In this document: piece after piece, positions 1 to 8,714 of the stretch
Position numbering within the stretch: position 1 is the stretch's first letter
Layout of the letters: every line of letters starts with the position of its first letter
Assembly: GCA_964574145.1 (NCBI GenBank)
Contig: CAZNKJ010000002.1
Location: forward strand, 2,075-66,074
Reading direction: 5' to 3'
Source of the DNA: an uncultured Candidatus Saccharibacteria bacterium
GTDB taxonomy: Bacteria > Patescibacteriota > Minisyncoccia > Phycocordibacterales > CAZNKJ01
DNA length: 64,000 nucleotides
Made by a program: the position numbers and the translations under genes
The notes under the pieces: generated by a model
The model's database searches: none
Seen by the model: the letters and a program-made list of their open reading frames with translations, nothing else
Told to the model about the DNA's origin: nothing

Positions 1-96
1 CCTTTGGAGCTTACCTTTGAAGCAGAAACACTTGCGAGATGAAACCAGTAGTCGCATCTACACAAGCAAGTAAGTGTATTTTAGCATAAAAAAGGA

Positions 97-130
97 CCTC
101 CAACCGAATAAACGGAGGAGGTCCAGATTG
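97..130 (-). terminator. Rho-independent terminator (stem ggacctcc/ggaggtcc, T-run on minus strand) downstream of the 196..549 gene
   Basis: 8-bp GC stem followed on the minus strand by ttttttat, about 65 nt past the stop of the minus-strand ORF. Confidence 0.5.
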
Positions 131-195
131 AGTGAGAGCTTCGCCCAATAAAGGTTCAAGAATACGAGAGGTTCAAGACCTCAAGTATCCAAGGT

Positions 196-549
196 TCATT
201 TCCGAGCAGACGAAACGCCGATGTCACCGAGACGGCAGCCGTCCCAGAAGTAGTTGACGTCGAAACCGTTCTCATCAGGGTTACCGACGACGACGAAGTT
301 ACCGACCGCAGAAATGGAACTGGTGCGAACGTACTTACCACGAAGTAGATAGATGCCACGAACCTTGAAATAGGCGGTGACAGCGTAGCTGACTTCGGGA
401 GCGTTCGGAATGTGCTCAACCTCGGTGATGAGGGCTTGCTGTTCGGTCCCCGTCTTGCTGAACGAGTTAGGCACTTCATCCTTACGGATTGCGAGCCATT
501 TGTCAGCTCGGACAATGTCGTCTTGTGCGAACTTCTCTTTAAGCTCCAA
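196..549 (-). CDS. hypothetical protein in a GC-rich (about 58%) patch; TTG start embedded in a palindromic repeat
   Basis: 117-aa ORF with protein-like composition; GC far above the window background; flanked by the REP-like hairpins; no recognisable family. Confidence 0.35.
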   Translation of the reverse strand: MELKEKFAQDDIVRADKWLAIRKDEVPNSFSKTGTEQQALITEVEHIPNAPEVSYAVTAYFKVRGIYLLRGKYVRTSSISAVGNFVVVGNPDENGFDVNYFWDGCRLGDIGVSSARK

Positions 550-585
550 AGGTTTAACCTTTGGAGCTTACCCTTTGGAGCTTAC
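540..585. repeat. 33-bp perfect palindrome (taagctccaaaggtt-t-aacctttggagctta) plus a tandem extra 14-mer cctttggagcttac
   Basis: Arms 540-554 and 556-570 are exact reverse complements; 14-mer present at 558-571 and 572-585; same element at 1138-1169 and truncated at 1-23. Confidence 0.85.
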
Positions 586-693
586 ATGCCAGACCGCCTA
601 ACTACGTTGAGCCGTCTCGGTTGAGTATGCGTGTGGATAACTATCAACAGCAATAGTCATCAACGGTGGTTGCTCTCCAATCGTATTTATGCT

Positions 694-1095
694 TTACTTA
701 GTGTTGGTTAGAGGTTCTTTCTTGTTCCGATATTTTTTTGCCAGCGTTTTATACAGGCGACGTGTTTTGTCCATGGCGCAAAAGGCCAGCCGATTCTCGA
801 ATTGCGATACAAGGTCAGCGCATTTTTTTTGGATGCGTTTAGGGGTACGAATTAATAGTGCGCCCACAAGGGGAAGTATTCTCAGCACGATTCTAATAAA
901 CAAGAATAGCAATATGGCCTCTGCAATGAATGTTAGCCATGGATGCAGCGAAGCATTGATTATTATGCCGAGACCTGCAAGGAAAACGTGTAGTTCTTCA
1001 AGTTTTGTGATGATTGCTTGCGACATGGGATCGATCCTTTTAAGCAAGTGGTTTTCACAAGCCCTGGTGTTTGTTCGTAGCAAACACCAGGGCAA
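694..1095 (-). CDS. hypothetical small membrane protein (one or two TM segments), possibly starting at an internal Met
   Basis: 133-aa ORF with a hydrophobic stretch LAGLGIIINASLHPWLTFIAEAILLFLFIRIVL; more protein-like than the overlapping plus-strand ORF; lies between two copies of the palindromic repeat. Confidence 0.3.
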   Translation of the reverse strand: MPWCLLRTNTRACENHLLKRIDPMSQAIITKLEELHVFLAGLGIIINASLHPWLTFIAEAILLFLFIRIVLRILPLVGALLIRTPKRIQKKCADLVSQFENRLAFCAMDKTRRLYKTLAKKYRNKKEPLTNTK

Positions 1096-1137
1096 CTCAT
1101 TAGCCGCGAAATTGGGGTAGATTTAAGCAATACTCTA

Positions 1138-1169
1138 TAAGCTCCAAAGGTTTAACCTTTGGAGCTTAC
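1138..1169. repeat. second copy of the 33-bp palindromic hairpin (core CCAAAGGTT-T-AACCTTTGG)
   Basis: Identical 15-bp arms to the 540-570 copy. Confidence 0.85.
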
Positions 1170-1266
1170 TTTTATGTGTTGTTTTTTCATATTTAATTCT
1201 TGACCTTATCGAGTTTCTTGCGAACCTCATATAGCGGATATTGCGTAAGCAATAAACTTGTATGAA

Positions 1267-1291
1267 ATACCAAAGGTTAAACCTTTGGTAT
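1267..1291. repeat. related palindrome ataccaaaggtt-a-aacctttggtat (same AAGGTT/AACCTT core)
   Basis: Perfect 12-bp arms; shares its core with the 540 and 1138 hairpins and with the terminator at 16997. Confidence 0.8.
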
Positions 1292-1334
1292 AGAGGCAAA
1301 TGACAAATTTGTTGTTTATTTTTTCTTCAAGTCT

Positions 1335-1733
1335 CTAAACTACCTCATTTTGAGGTTCTGTTACAGGATTCTGTGCTTCTTTTGGATTTGCTCCAAAACG
1401 ATTTGAACCCTCTTGGCTTTCTAGGATCATAAAGAAAAGGATTACCAACATTCCTATCATTGGTATAAGGTAAATAAGCATCCACCAACCACTTTTGTCA
1501 GTATCGTGGAGTCTGCGTACCGCTACTGCTATACTTGGAAGTAATACCGCCAAGCTGTATATTCCTCCTAGGATGCCCATTCCAAAATGTGAGGAGATAC
1601 CGAACACTCCTTCAATGAGATTTAGAGCTAAAATAATTGTTAGATTAACAAGTGTGAACATCCAAAATTCTTTTCGTCCAGCTCGTCCTTCAAAAACTGT
1701 ATATTTTTTTAAAACATCAAGATACCATTCCAT
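1335..1733 (-). CDS. DUF805 family inner-membrane protein (YhaH/YhaI-like)
   Basis: Signature RRLHDTDKSGWW followed by TM helices, typical of DUF805. Confidence 0.75.
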   Translation of the reverse strand: MEWYLDVLKKYTVFEGRAGRKEFWMFTLVNLTIILALNLIEGVFGISSHFGMGILGGIYSLAVLLPSIAVAVRRLHDTDKSGWWMLIYLIPMIGMLVILFFMILESQEGSNRFGANPKEAQNPVTEPQNEVV

Positions 1734-1938
1734 ACATTTATTTTTTATAATTAGTATTTAATACGTTAATTATGTCATAAAAACAGTTGTAGTATAAGAG
1801 TAAAGTGTTCATAAAAGGATAATGTTTCCAGTAGTTCTAATTTCAAGCTGTTGTTATATGAAGAGTACGTTTTATCTTGTTTAATTATTTTTGTATTGAT
1901 ATTGTAAACAATGAAATAAAAAATAATGTAGTTTTAGT

Positions 1939-2619
1939 ATGGATTATAGAAATACAGAAGAAATTATCTTAATAGACAAACCAAAGGGAATTACATCATA
2001 TGATGTAATTCGTAAGCTTAAATATAAACTTAGTTTGCAATCAGCAGAGTGTCGAATACGTATTGGACACGCCGGTACTTTAGACCCACTTGCCACTGGA
2101 CTTCTTATTATAGGTATTGGGGCTGGAACTAAAAAATTAAATGAGTATTTAAAGCTTCCAAAAATCTATATAACAGAAATTTTACTTGGTATACGTACTG
2201 ATACAGGAGATTTGGAGGGGAAGGTATTAGAACGTAAGGAAATTTTGAAACTTTCTGATACTTGTGTGAAAAAGGTACTTAAAGAAATGGTGGGGAAATT
2301 GGAGCTTCCTGTGCCGGCTTACTCTGCCATAAAAAGGGGAGGGGAAGCGCTTTATAAAAAAGCTCGGCGAGGAGAGCAGATAGAGTTGCCTATTAAGGTT
2401 ATGAAAATAGACCGAGCTAGCTTCTGTGACATGTCGCCAGAATCAGATGGAGGATATGTCGTTGAAGTTGAGTTTGCTGTAGGAAGTGGTACTTATATAC
2501 GTTCTCTTGCCGAAGAGTTTGGTAAGAGGCTAGGATATCCAGCGACAGTTAAAGAGTTGCGTAGAACAAGTGTTGGAGATTTTGATATTAAAGACGCTAA
2601 GAAATTAGAAGATTTCTGA
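1939..2619 (+). CDS. truB: tRNA pseudouridine(55) synthase TruB
   Basis: Catalytic motif GHAGTLDPLATGLL; 226 aa, TruB-like length. Confidence 0.9.
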   Translation: MDYRNTEEIILIDKPKGITSYDVIRKLKYKLSLQSAECRIRIGHAGTLDPLATGLLIIGIGAGTKKLNEYLKLPKIYITEILLGIRTDTGDLEGKVLERKEILKLSDTCVKKVLKEMVGKLELPVPAYSAIKRGGEALYKKARRGEQIELPIKVMKIDRASFCDMSPESDGGYVVEVEFAVGSGTYIRSLAEEFGKRLGYPATVKELRRTSVGDFDIKDAKKLEDF

Positions 2620-2637
2620 TATGTATTAAAAAATAAT

Positions 2638-2668
2638 AGCGGATTCACTTTCTGTGATTCCGCTATAT
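2638..2668. terminator. imperfect hairpin (agcggattcac / gtgattccgct) between convergent truB and the 2663..3040 gene
   Basis: 10 of 11 bp stem located between two convergent stops. Confidence 0.4.
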
Positions 2669-3040
2669 TGTGAAGGCATACTGTCCTTTGCGTTCTAGGA
2701 TCACCTTGCCGACGGTAGATTTTTTTGCCCCTGACCGTTTCTTCTTCTTTGGAGTTTTTGTTTGCGCTCGTGCGCTACGTGTGCGGGCACTCATTATTGA
2801 AAAATATTTTCCTGCCGCACATCTGTAAATCGAACGTTTCTCTTCGTGAAGATATAATTCATTCAGAGAGTATCTGAGGGCCTCTTGAAACTCCATCCTT
2901 TCTTTTTTGTCGTAAATTTTGTAGATAAGGGATTCAAGCAGATCATTTGAAAAGCCATACCCCTTCTTTTTTCCTGCATAGTCGACAGCCTCGTCAAAGG
3001 CTGTTTTTTCGATGGAATACATCACAACCTCCGCTGGCAA
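2663..3040 (-). CDS. hypothetical protein with a lysine/arginine-rich C-terminal tail
   Basis: 125-aa ORF; basic tail KTPKKKKRSGAKKS; no family recognised. Confidence 0.4.
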   Translation of the reverse strand: MPAEVVMYSIEKTAFDEAVDYAGKKKGYGFSNDLLESLIYKIYDKKERMEFQEALRYSLNELYLHEEKRSIYRCAAGKYFSIMSARTRSARAQTKTPKKKKRSGAKKSTVGKVILERKGQYAFTI

Positions 3041-3110
3041 GATTATTACGCAAATGTCTATACACTTTATAACAAAAAAAGACTAGATTGTCAATATTTT
3101 ATTAAAAAAT

Positions 3111-3150
3111 AAAAACTCGTCCGGGAGCATGTTAACGGACGAGTTTTTTA
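3111..3150. terminator. bidirectional rho-independent terminator (ctcgtccg ... cggacgag flanked by A5 and T6)
   Basis: 8-bp GC-rich stem with 12-nt loop, T-run on both strands; sits just downstream of the 3156..3593(-) gene. Confidence 0.7.
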
Positions 3151-3155
3151 TTTGT

Positions 3156-3593
3156 CTAGATAGTTCCTAAGGAAGGGAATGCTCTGATGAAGTCCTTCTC
3201 CCTTATATGTTGCACAGTAAATGATTTGATGTGTCTTTTAATCACTAACTTACAGCGACGGACGAAACTTTCGTTACCGCTGAGACATTTTGGACACACG
3301 ATCATGGCGTGTGCACATCCATTACTGGATACTCGACACACTTCTGTCGTTCCGTCAGTTTTTTTGTTGATTTTTTCGATTTCACACCGAAGGGTATCGA
3401 TTGTTTCATTCGTCACAATGCCTGGTATCCAAATGAATACTTTGCATTTTTCCACCACAAGAATTGCAGCGATGAGAGTTTGATCTTCTTCCATCACGGT
3501 TTCTAGTTTTGGTGGCGGTTGGTCTTTTGAAAAAAAACTTGGAAATAGCTGTTGCAGTATTTCTCGGTCCTGCAGATCATTTTTGGGCATCAT
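3156..3593 (-). CDS. hypothetical protein with a C-terminal CxxxxC...CxxC zinc-ribbon-like motif
   Basis: CRVSSNGCAHAMIVCPKCLSGNESFVRRC cysteine cluster; 145 aa; family not recognised. Confidence 0.4.
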   Translation of the reverse strand: MMPKNDLQDREILQQLFPSFFSKDQPPPKLETVMEEDQTLIAAILVVEKCKVFIWIPGIVTNETIDTLRCEIEKINKKTDGTTEVCRVSSNGCAHAMIVCPKCLSGNESFVRRCKLVIKRHIKSFTVQHIREKDFIRAFPSLGTI

Positions 3594-3675
3594 GACCCCC
3601 TATATCTATAGTTTAAAGAGCTCCATTTAAGAGAATACAACAAAAGAAGCATCTATGCAAATTTCACCAAAAGGA

Positions 3676-4128
3676 TTATATAAATGATTTTTCTACCACG
3701 GATTTAACGTCAGAACCATCTGCTTTTCCTTTAAGTTCTTGCATGATTGCTCCTATAAGTTTACCTATTTGTTCTTTGTCGGATATACCAAGTTCTTCCT
3801 TTTTTGCTAGAACTACTTTTTCTATTTCTTTTATGTTCATCATTTGCGGAAGATAGCCCTCTATGATTTTCAATTCCTCTTTTTCTTTCTCCGCTAGATC
3901 GTTTCTATTACCTTTTTCAAATTGTTCTATGGAATCTTTACGTTGTTTAGCTGCGCGCGTAATTACTACAAGAGCATCTTCATCAGAGAGTTCTTCATTT
4001 GGCTTTCTTTTTTTAGCCACTAGTTCGTTAGTGAATGAGGAAATAAGTCCGCGAATTGTGGTCAAGCGTATAGAGTCTTTGGCACGCATTGCTTCCACCA
4101 TTTCTTTTCTGAGCTGTTGTTGAATCAT
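3676..4128 (-). CDS. GatB/YqeY domain-containing protein
   Basis: 150 aa; YqeY-like pattern (LTTIRGLISSF...EKEELKIIEGYLPQ). Confidence 0.75.
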   Translation of the reverse strand: MIQQQLRKEMVEAMRAKDSIRLTTIRGLISSFTNELVAKKRKPNEELSDEDALVVITRAAKQRKDSIEQFEKGNRNDLAEKEKEELKIIEGYLPQMMNIKEIEKVVLAKKEELGISDKEQIGKLIGAIMQELKGKADGSDVKSVVEKSFI

Positions 4129-4210
4129 GTCTTATGAAAGTATTTAGGTATATTTATTCATGGTATCAAAAAGCTCCATACATTCAAGCTCTTTTGCTAT
4201 ACTTAGAGGC

Positions 4211-6895
4211 ATGATTACAGGAGAGTGGGAGAAATTGGATACAGAGGGAGTACTCAGAGCGCTTTCCAGTACAAGAAAGAATGGATTAAATGAAGATGAG
4301 GTACTGGTTCGTCAGAAACGAGACGGGAAAAATGTACTTCAAGATCAAAAGAGAGAGAGTTTTGTTGGAAAAGTGGCAAGACAATTTAGAAGTCCTCTTG
4401 TTTTTATATTATTTGTAGCTGGAATAGCTACTGTGTTACTTGCTGAATACATTGATTCAACAGTTATTTTCATCGCCCTTCTTATTAATGTTGTTATCGG
4501 TCTTTTCCAAGAGGAGCGTGCTTCTCGAGCTTTTACAAAACTTAACGAATCGCAAGAGTATTATTCTGTGGTTATTAGAGGTGGTGTAAAGAAAAAAGTA
4601 TTGTCTAAAGAATTAGTACAAGGGGATATTGTGGAGATAGAAGGGGGAAAATATGTTTCAGCAGATCTTAGAATTCTTTTAGAAAAAGACTTATCGTTAA
4701 ACGAGGCAGCTTTAACTGGAGAATGGGTTGCCGTTTCAAAAGATACAAAGGAGCTTTTACAAGGAGTACCTCTTGCTGAGAAGCGTAATATGGTGTGGCG
4801 TGGCACTCTTGTGGCTGAAGGGTATGGTGTTGGGATAGTTGTTGCTACTGGAGATAAAACAGAAATAGGGAAAATATCTCGCGAGCTGGGTACTATTGAG
4901 AAACACGCCACACCTCTTCAACAGAATATTCGCAGTATTGCTCGTTTTCTTTCCTATATTGTCATTGGGTCTGTAATAACCATCTTTCTTCTCGGGATCT
5001 TACGTGGGGAGACAATAGGGGAGATGCTTCTTGTGACTATTGCAATAGCTGTTGCGACTGTGCCTTCAGGTCTTCCTGCTGCTGTAACTATAGTTCTCGC
5101 TTTAGGTATGGAAAAAATCTTAGAGCGTGGAGGGTTGGTACGTAATTTGTTGGCTGCTGAGACACTCGGAGCAACTACAATTATCCTTACTGACAAAACA
5201 GGAACTTTAACTGAAGCAAAGATGAAACTCTCTTCTATTTTTGTTTCTGATACGTTAAATAGAAAGAGAAAACTTTTAGGGTGGACTGATGATGAGAGAA
5301 AAGTTTTAGCAATGGCTGTGATGGCTTCAGACGCTTTTGTTGAAGAGAAAAAAGAAGAGGAAAATATTCCTAGTAAATTAGTAGTTCACGGGAGACCTAT
5401 AGAACGAGCTGTAGTATTGGCTGGGCTAGAGGTGGGGATTTCACAGAATGTTATTTCTAAGGAAATGCCACGTCTTGATTATTTGCAGTTTGAATCAAAA
5501 AGACGTTATGGTGGGTCGCTACATAAATTTCCTGAGAAGAAATCTAACCGCTTTTATATAACAGGATCACCAGAAATGTTGCTTGAAAAAGCCACATATA
5601 TTTATTTAGATGGAAAACAAAAAAAACTCACCGATGCTGTGCGGGCTCAATTTACTAAAATTCAACAGAAATATAGTAAAAAAGGAGAGCGTTTTATTGC
5701 AGTGACATATAAGGATGTAAAATGGGACACCATTCCTAATTTAGAAGATGATAAGTTAGACGAGGAGCTTATTAAAGGTATGGTGTTTGTTGGATTCCTT
5801 TCTTTTAATGATCCTGTACGTGCGGATGTACCTGATGCCATAAAAGAGGTTAAACATGCTGGAGCTCGCGTACTCATGGTTACGGGAGATAACCCTCAGA
5901 CTGCGTTAAATATTGCCATAGCAGTAGGTATAGCAGAGAAAAAGAGTGAGGTTAAGACTGGGAAAGATATTGAAAAATGCAATGATGAGGAACTGTATCA
6001 GCTTATAAAAGAAAATAAAGTGTTTGCTCGCACTTTACCAAGTCAGAAATTACGCATAGCCCGTATTTTGAAGAATAAGGATGAAATAGTGGCTATGACT
6101 GGGGATGGTGTCAATGATGCTCCAGCTTTGCGTAGCGCTGATATTGGGATTGCTGTTGGGAGTGGTACGGAAGTTGCGAAAGAGGCTTCGGACATTATTC
6201 TCCTCAACAACAGTTTTTCTATAATCGTTTCTGCTATTGAAGAAGGAAGAAGGATAATAGATAATCTTAAGAAAATCGTAGCTTACTTGCTCTCTACTAG
6301 CTTTAGTGAAATTTTTGTTATAGGAGGAGCTTTGGCTATGGGAGCGCCTCTCCCTTTATTACCGGCGCAGATTTTGTGGGCGAATATTATTGAAGAGGGT
6401 TTGATGAGTTTTTCATTTGCGTTTGAAAAGAAGGCGCCAGGAATAATGCGTCGTGACCCGCGTGAAAGCGCTTCGCGAAACATAATGACTCCTCGTCTAC
6501 GTCAATTGATAGTGATTGTTGGGGTTACTACTGGGATATTTTTAATAGGTCTTTATTTTTTCTTACTTTCTTTTGATCTACCTATAGAAGAGATTCGTAC
6601 TATTATGTTTGTGGCTCTTTCGCTCGACGCATTGTTTTTTTCTTTTTCATTAAAGAGTTTGAATAGACCACTTTGGAAGATAGACTTATGGTCAAACAAA
6701 TTCTTACTCATGGCTTTTTCAATGAGTGTTTTACTTCTTCTTGCTGCTGTTTCTCTCCAGCCACTTAGAACGCTTCTTTCCCTCACGCCACTTTCAGTTC
6801 TTGATATTTCATTTCTAGTAGGAGTGGGGCTTTTTAATCTATTGACTATTGAATTTGCCAAATATTTTATATTTGAGCGGGGTATGCGTAAATGA
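4211..6895 (+). CDS. P-type cation-transporting ATPase (type II, Ca2+/Mg2+-ATPase-like)
   Basis: DKTGTLT phosphorylation site, MVTGDNPQTA and TGDGVNDAPAL hinge motifs, about 10 TM segments; start moved to the ATG at 4211 (agagg SD 4 nt upstream) instead of the ORF-track start at 4160. Confidence 0.9.
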   Translation: MITGEWEKLDTEGVLRALSSTRKNGLNEDEVLVRQKRDGKNVLQDQKRESFVGKVARQFRSPLVFILFVAGIATVLLAEYIDSTVIFIALLINVVIGLFQEERASRAFTKLNESQEYYSVVIRGGVKKKVLSKELVQGDIVEIEGGKYVSADLRILLEKDLSLNEAALTGEWVAVSKDTKELLQGVPLAEKRNMVWRGTLVAEGYGVGIVVATGDKTEIGKISRELGTIEKHATPLQQNIRSIARFLSYIVIGSVITIFLLGILRGETIGEMLLVTIAIAVATVPSGLPAAVTIVLALGMEKILERGGLVRNLLAAETLGATTIILTDKTGTLTEAKMKLSSIFVSDTLNRKRKLLGWTDDERKVLAMAVMASDAFVEEKKEEENIPSKLVVHGRPIERAVVLAGLEVGISQNVISKEMPRLDYLQFESKRRYGGSLHKFPEKKSNRFYITGSPEMLLEKATYIYLDGKQKKLTDAVRAQFTKIQQKYSKKGERFIAVTYKDVKWDTIPNLEDDKLDEELIKGMVFVGFLSFNDPVRADVPDAIKEVKHAGARVLMVTGDNPQTALNIAIAVGIAEKKSEVKTGKDIEKCNDEELYQLIKENKVFARTLPSQKLRIARILKNKDEIVAMTGDGVNDAPALRSADIGIAVGSGTEVAKEASDIILLNNSFSIIVSAIEEGRRIIDNLKKIVAYLLSTSFSEIFVIGGALAMGAPLPLLPAQILWANIIEEGLMSFSFAFEKKAPGIMRRDPRESASRNIMTPRLRQLIVIVGVTTGIFLIGLYFFLLSFDLPIEEIRTIMFVALSLDALFFSFSLKSLNRPLWKIDLWSNKFLLMAFSMSVLLLLAAVSLQPLRTLLSLTPLSVLDISFLVGVGLFNLLTIEFAKYFIFERGMRK

Positions 6896-6907
6896 TAGAA
6901 TTGAGAT

Positions 6908-7993
6908 ATGAATATTTTTCTATTAGTAATACTTTTTCTAATTCTTGCAGCCAATGGTATTTTGATATGGTTTTTTTTGTGGGAAAGAAGGTTAAAAAAT
7001 CCTAAAGGCGATGGTATGGTTTTGCTTCAAAATCAACTCCAAGACCTTTCTCGAGTGCTGGATTCTAGAGTGGGGGATATTTCAAAACAGATGCAAAAGT
7101 CTGTGGAGACCCAGTTCAGTGAATCACAAAGAGTAATAAGGGATACTAACGATCAAATGGTTAGGCATCTAACCAGTGTTGCCAAGGGCGTTGCTGAAGC
7201 TGCAGAGGCGAGTAAACAGGTCTTTACTATTGCAGACCAGCTAAAAAATCTTGAGAGAGTTCTTACTCACCAAAAACATCGTGGAAATTTAGGTGAAGCA
7301 AGCCTAGAGCTTATTTTGAGCAATATTCTTCCAGCTACTGCTTATAAATCACAGTATAAATTTGAAGATGGTGATATTGTAGACGCGGCAATTATGACAA
7401 AAGAGGGGGTAATTCCTGTTGATGCAAAATTTTCATTAGATAATTACAATCGTCTCATAAATGAAGTAGATAAAGACAAAAAAATTCAATTGGAAAGAGA
7501 TTTTAAGAACGACCTTAAAAAACGTATAGATGAGACTGCAAAGTATATAAAACCAAAAGAGAACACTCTCCCGTTTGCTTTTATGTTTATTCCAGCAGAG
7601 GGGATTTATTATGATCTTTTGGTAAACGAAGTAGGGTCAGTCAAAGTAAATACTCGTAGTTTGATAGACTATGCATACAAAGACAGAAACGTTATTATCG
7701 TTTCTCCTACTACATTTGCGGCATATCTACAATCAGTATTGTATGGTTTTCGTGCTTTTAAAATAGAGGAATCGGCAAAACAAATCGGCAAACATGTGGA
7801 AGACCTTTCAAGACATTTAAAGAGTTATGATGAATATTTTAAAAAAGTTGGTAGTTCACTAGGAACTACGGTGAATCATTACAATTTTGCTCAGAAAGAG
7901 CTTGGAAAAATAGATAAGGATGTGGTTCGTATAACTGGGAACTCTATGGAAGTGGAAAATTTGTCACTTGAGCGTCCCGAGAAAGAAGGCTAG
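6908..7993 (+). CDS. rmuC: DNA recombination protein RmuC
   Basis: N-terminal TM and coiled coil, then RmuC core (HRGNLGE ... PVDAKF ... FMFIPAEG). Confidence 0.8.
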   Translation: MNIFLLVILFLILAANGILIWFFLWERRLKNPKGDGMVLLQNQLQDLSRVLDSRVGDISKQMQKSVETQFSESQRVIRDTNDQMVRHLTSVAKGVAEAAEASKQVFTIADQLKNLERVLTHQKHRGNLGEASLELILSNILPATAYKSQYKFEDGDIVDAAIMTKEGVIPVDAKFSLDNYNRLINEVDKDKKIQLERDFKNDLKKRIDETAKYIKPKENTLPFAFMFIPAEGIYYDLLVNEVGSVKVNTRSLIDYAYKDRNVIIVSPTTFAAYLQSVLYGFRAFKIEESAKQIGKHVEDLSRHLKSYDEYFKKVGSSLGTTVNHYNFAQKELGKIDKDVVRITGNSMEVENLSLERPEKEG

Positions 7994-8054
7994 ATCATCA
8001 AATGTCTTGTAAAAAAGATATGATACTTCAAAAGTATCAAAAAATGTCAAAGAA

Positions 8055-8148
8055 ACGTGTCGAAGTCCGCCTTTGACATCTATTGTCAAAGGCGGACTTC
8101 GACACGGAGACGGGCTTCGAAGGCGTGTCAAAGGCGGACTTCGACACG
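8055..8148. repeat. GC-rich composite repeat: 23-bp inverted repeat (cgtgtcgaagtccgcctttgaca / tgtcaaaggcggacttcgacacg) plus a third direct copy
   Basis: Arms 8055-8077 and 8083-8105 perfectly complementary (loop tctat); third copy 8124-8148; T-run at 8172-8177; generates the spurious ORF 8037..8234. Confidence 0.8.
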
Positions 8149-8290
8149 GACATTGATACGTTTCGACATACGTTTTTTGGAAGCGAGTTAACCTTTTTTT
8201 GAAAAAGGGGGTTTATAATAAAAACTATCACCATAAGGACATCCTGCGGTGGCTTGAATTTTTATTAAAATACTGTACTATAGTGCCACT

Positions 8291-8611
8291 ATGCAAAAAA
8301 TTGCTGTTATAGCCACAGGTGGAAAACAATATGTAGTCTCAGAAGGAGATCTTATTACTATTGAGAAACTGAGTGGAGAACCCAAGGAAGGGGATGTGGT
8401 TACTTTTGATAAAGTGCTTCTTATGGATGATGGAAAGGATGCGATTGTTGGAACTCCATACATAGAGAATACTAAGATTTCAGGCACTCTGGTGGGCTCT
8501 GGTAGGGCTTCTAAGATAACTGTCATACAGTTTAAGTCTAAGAGTAGATATTTTAAGAAGAAAGGACATCGGCAGCCTTTTAATAAAGTAAAAATAAATT
8601 CATTCAAATAA
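8291..8611 (+). CDS. rplU: 50S ribosomal protein L21
   Basis: MQKIAVIATGGKQYVVSEGD N-terminus typical of L21. Confidence 0.95.
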   Translation: MQKIAVIATGGKQYVVSEGDLITIEKLSGEPKEGDVVTFDKVLLMDDGKDAIVGTPYIENTKISGTLVGSGRASKITVIQFKSKSRYFKKKGHRQPFNKVKINSFK

Positions 8612-8647
8612 GAATTAAATATTTTGTATTTTCTTTTATTTGAGATA

Positions 8648-8683
8648 CAAAACCGCATGACTTGTATGTCATGCGGTTTTGTG
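8648..8683. terminator. bidirectional terminator hairpin (aaaccgcatgac / gtcatgcggttt) shared by rplU(+) and recR(-)
   Basis: 12-bp perfect stem, 6-nt loop, flanked by A and T runs. Confidence 0.75.
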
Positions 8684-8714
8684 TAATCTATTAGATTTAG
8701 ACTGTAGACTTTGT

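Noticed and set aside
632-640. Perfect DnaA box TGTGGATAA suggesting oriC
   Set aside because: It is a single box with no cluster, no adjacent AT-rich DUE and no dnaA or dnaN nearby, which is insufficient for an origin call.
156-1120. Alternative overlapping ORFs 156..515(-), 410..601(+), 412..624(+) and 689..1120(+)
   Set aside because: Their translations are low-complexity (S/T/R-rich) compared with the alternate-frame ORFs 196..549(-) and 694..1095(-). They are most likely shadow ORFs of a GC-rich segment.
8055-8148. Possible CRISPR array
   Set aside because: Only three copies are present, two of them arranged as an inverted pair, with no regular spacers and no cas genes. It is not a CRISPR array.
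8037-8234. Minus-strand ORF (65 aa) with repetitive SKSAFD motifs
   Set aside because: It is generated entirely by translation through the inverted/direct repeat block, with no start context. It is an artefact of the repeat.
8180-8290. Putative promoter TTGAAT-16-TACTAT immediately upstream of rplU
   Set aside because: The -10 element would lie only about 16 nt before the ATG, leaving no SD or leader. The true rplU promoter is probably further upstream or within the repeat block, so it is not called.
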